DNA from: an uncultured Solibacteraceae bacterium
GTDB lineage: Bacteria > Acidobacteriota > Terriglobia > Bryobacterales > Bryobacteraceae
NCBI GenBank assembly: GCA_964393235.1
Contig: CAYMTH010000001.1
Coordinates: 1 to 40,664 of the forward strand
Length of the DNA stretch: 40,664 bases
Direction of reading: 5' to 3'
The notes below the pieces were generated by a model. The model was given only the letters and a program-made list of their open reading frames with translations. It did not search any database and was not told the origin of the DNA. Made by a program: the position numbers and the translations under genes. Positions 40,610 through 40,664 of this stretch are shown one piece after another (the stretch's first letter is position 1; the number at the start of each line of letters is the position of its first letter).

Positions 40610-40664
40610 ATTTGTGTCAATCGGCGCGGCGGGAGCGTTGCCGAAGTAGTAAGTCGTGGCGTCA
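40610..40664. repeat. Terminal duplication, copy 2 (identical to 1-55).
   Basis: Exact 55/55 identity with bases 1-55. Confidence 0.95.

Noticed and set aside
1-40664. CRISPR arrays, insertion sequences or transposase genes.
   Set aside because: There are no regularly spaced identical repeats with unique spacers and no transposase-like ORFs. The only recombinase is the tyrosine integrase.

Overview
The window is a complete, closed phage genome, not a chromosomal slice. Bases 1-55 and 40610-40664 are the same 55-mer, so the unit length is 40,609 bp. It is visibly GC-rich and looks like a temperate, podovirus-like tailed phage: I see no tape-measure, tail-tube or sheath genes. One minus-strand late operon runs 9596 -> 1, crosses the junction, and continues 40609 -> 27523. 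It encodes small and large terminase, portal, scaffold, an SU10-like HK97-fold capsid protein, an adaptor, fibre proteins, a block of low-complexity internal or ejection-type proteins, an M15 peptidase endolysin, holin(s), and a 577-aa orphan. The plus-strand early and replication block runs 10131 -> 26975. It encodes a tandem-HTH protein, small orphans, DUF932, HNH, a RuvC-like resolvase, a Mom-like GNAT-fold protein, an SNF2 helicase, DUF2800, DUF2815, a family A DNA polymerase, a primase-polymerase/D5 NTPase, a tyrosine integrase and a zinc-ribbon protein. An attP follows at about 26973-27169, with a tRNA-Val(GAC) 3' half as its core. The largest late ORF is a 723-aa fibre that is absent from the ORF track because it spans the junction. 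Other points of interest are listed below.
- Signal-peptide-like N-termini on two fibre-module proteins.
- A repeat-dense divergent control region at 9597-10076.
- A 406-bp non-coding TerS-TerL spacer with G-tracts.
- An iteron and hairpin region at 11108-11381.
- A recurring GACGTCACGA motif upstream of the plus-strand operons.
- Repeated gene-junction sequences in the early operon.
- A Mom-like candidate DNA-modification gene.
- A solitary minus-strand RHH gene.
Functional calls rest on motifs I recognise by eye. No searches were run. Most long antisense ORFs in the track are GC-driven artefacts.
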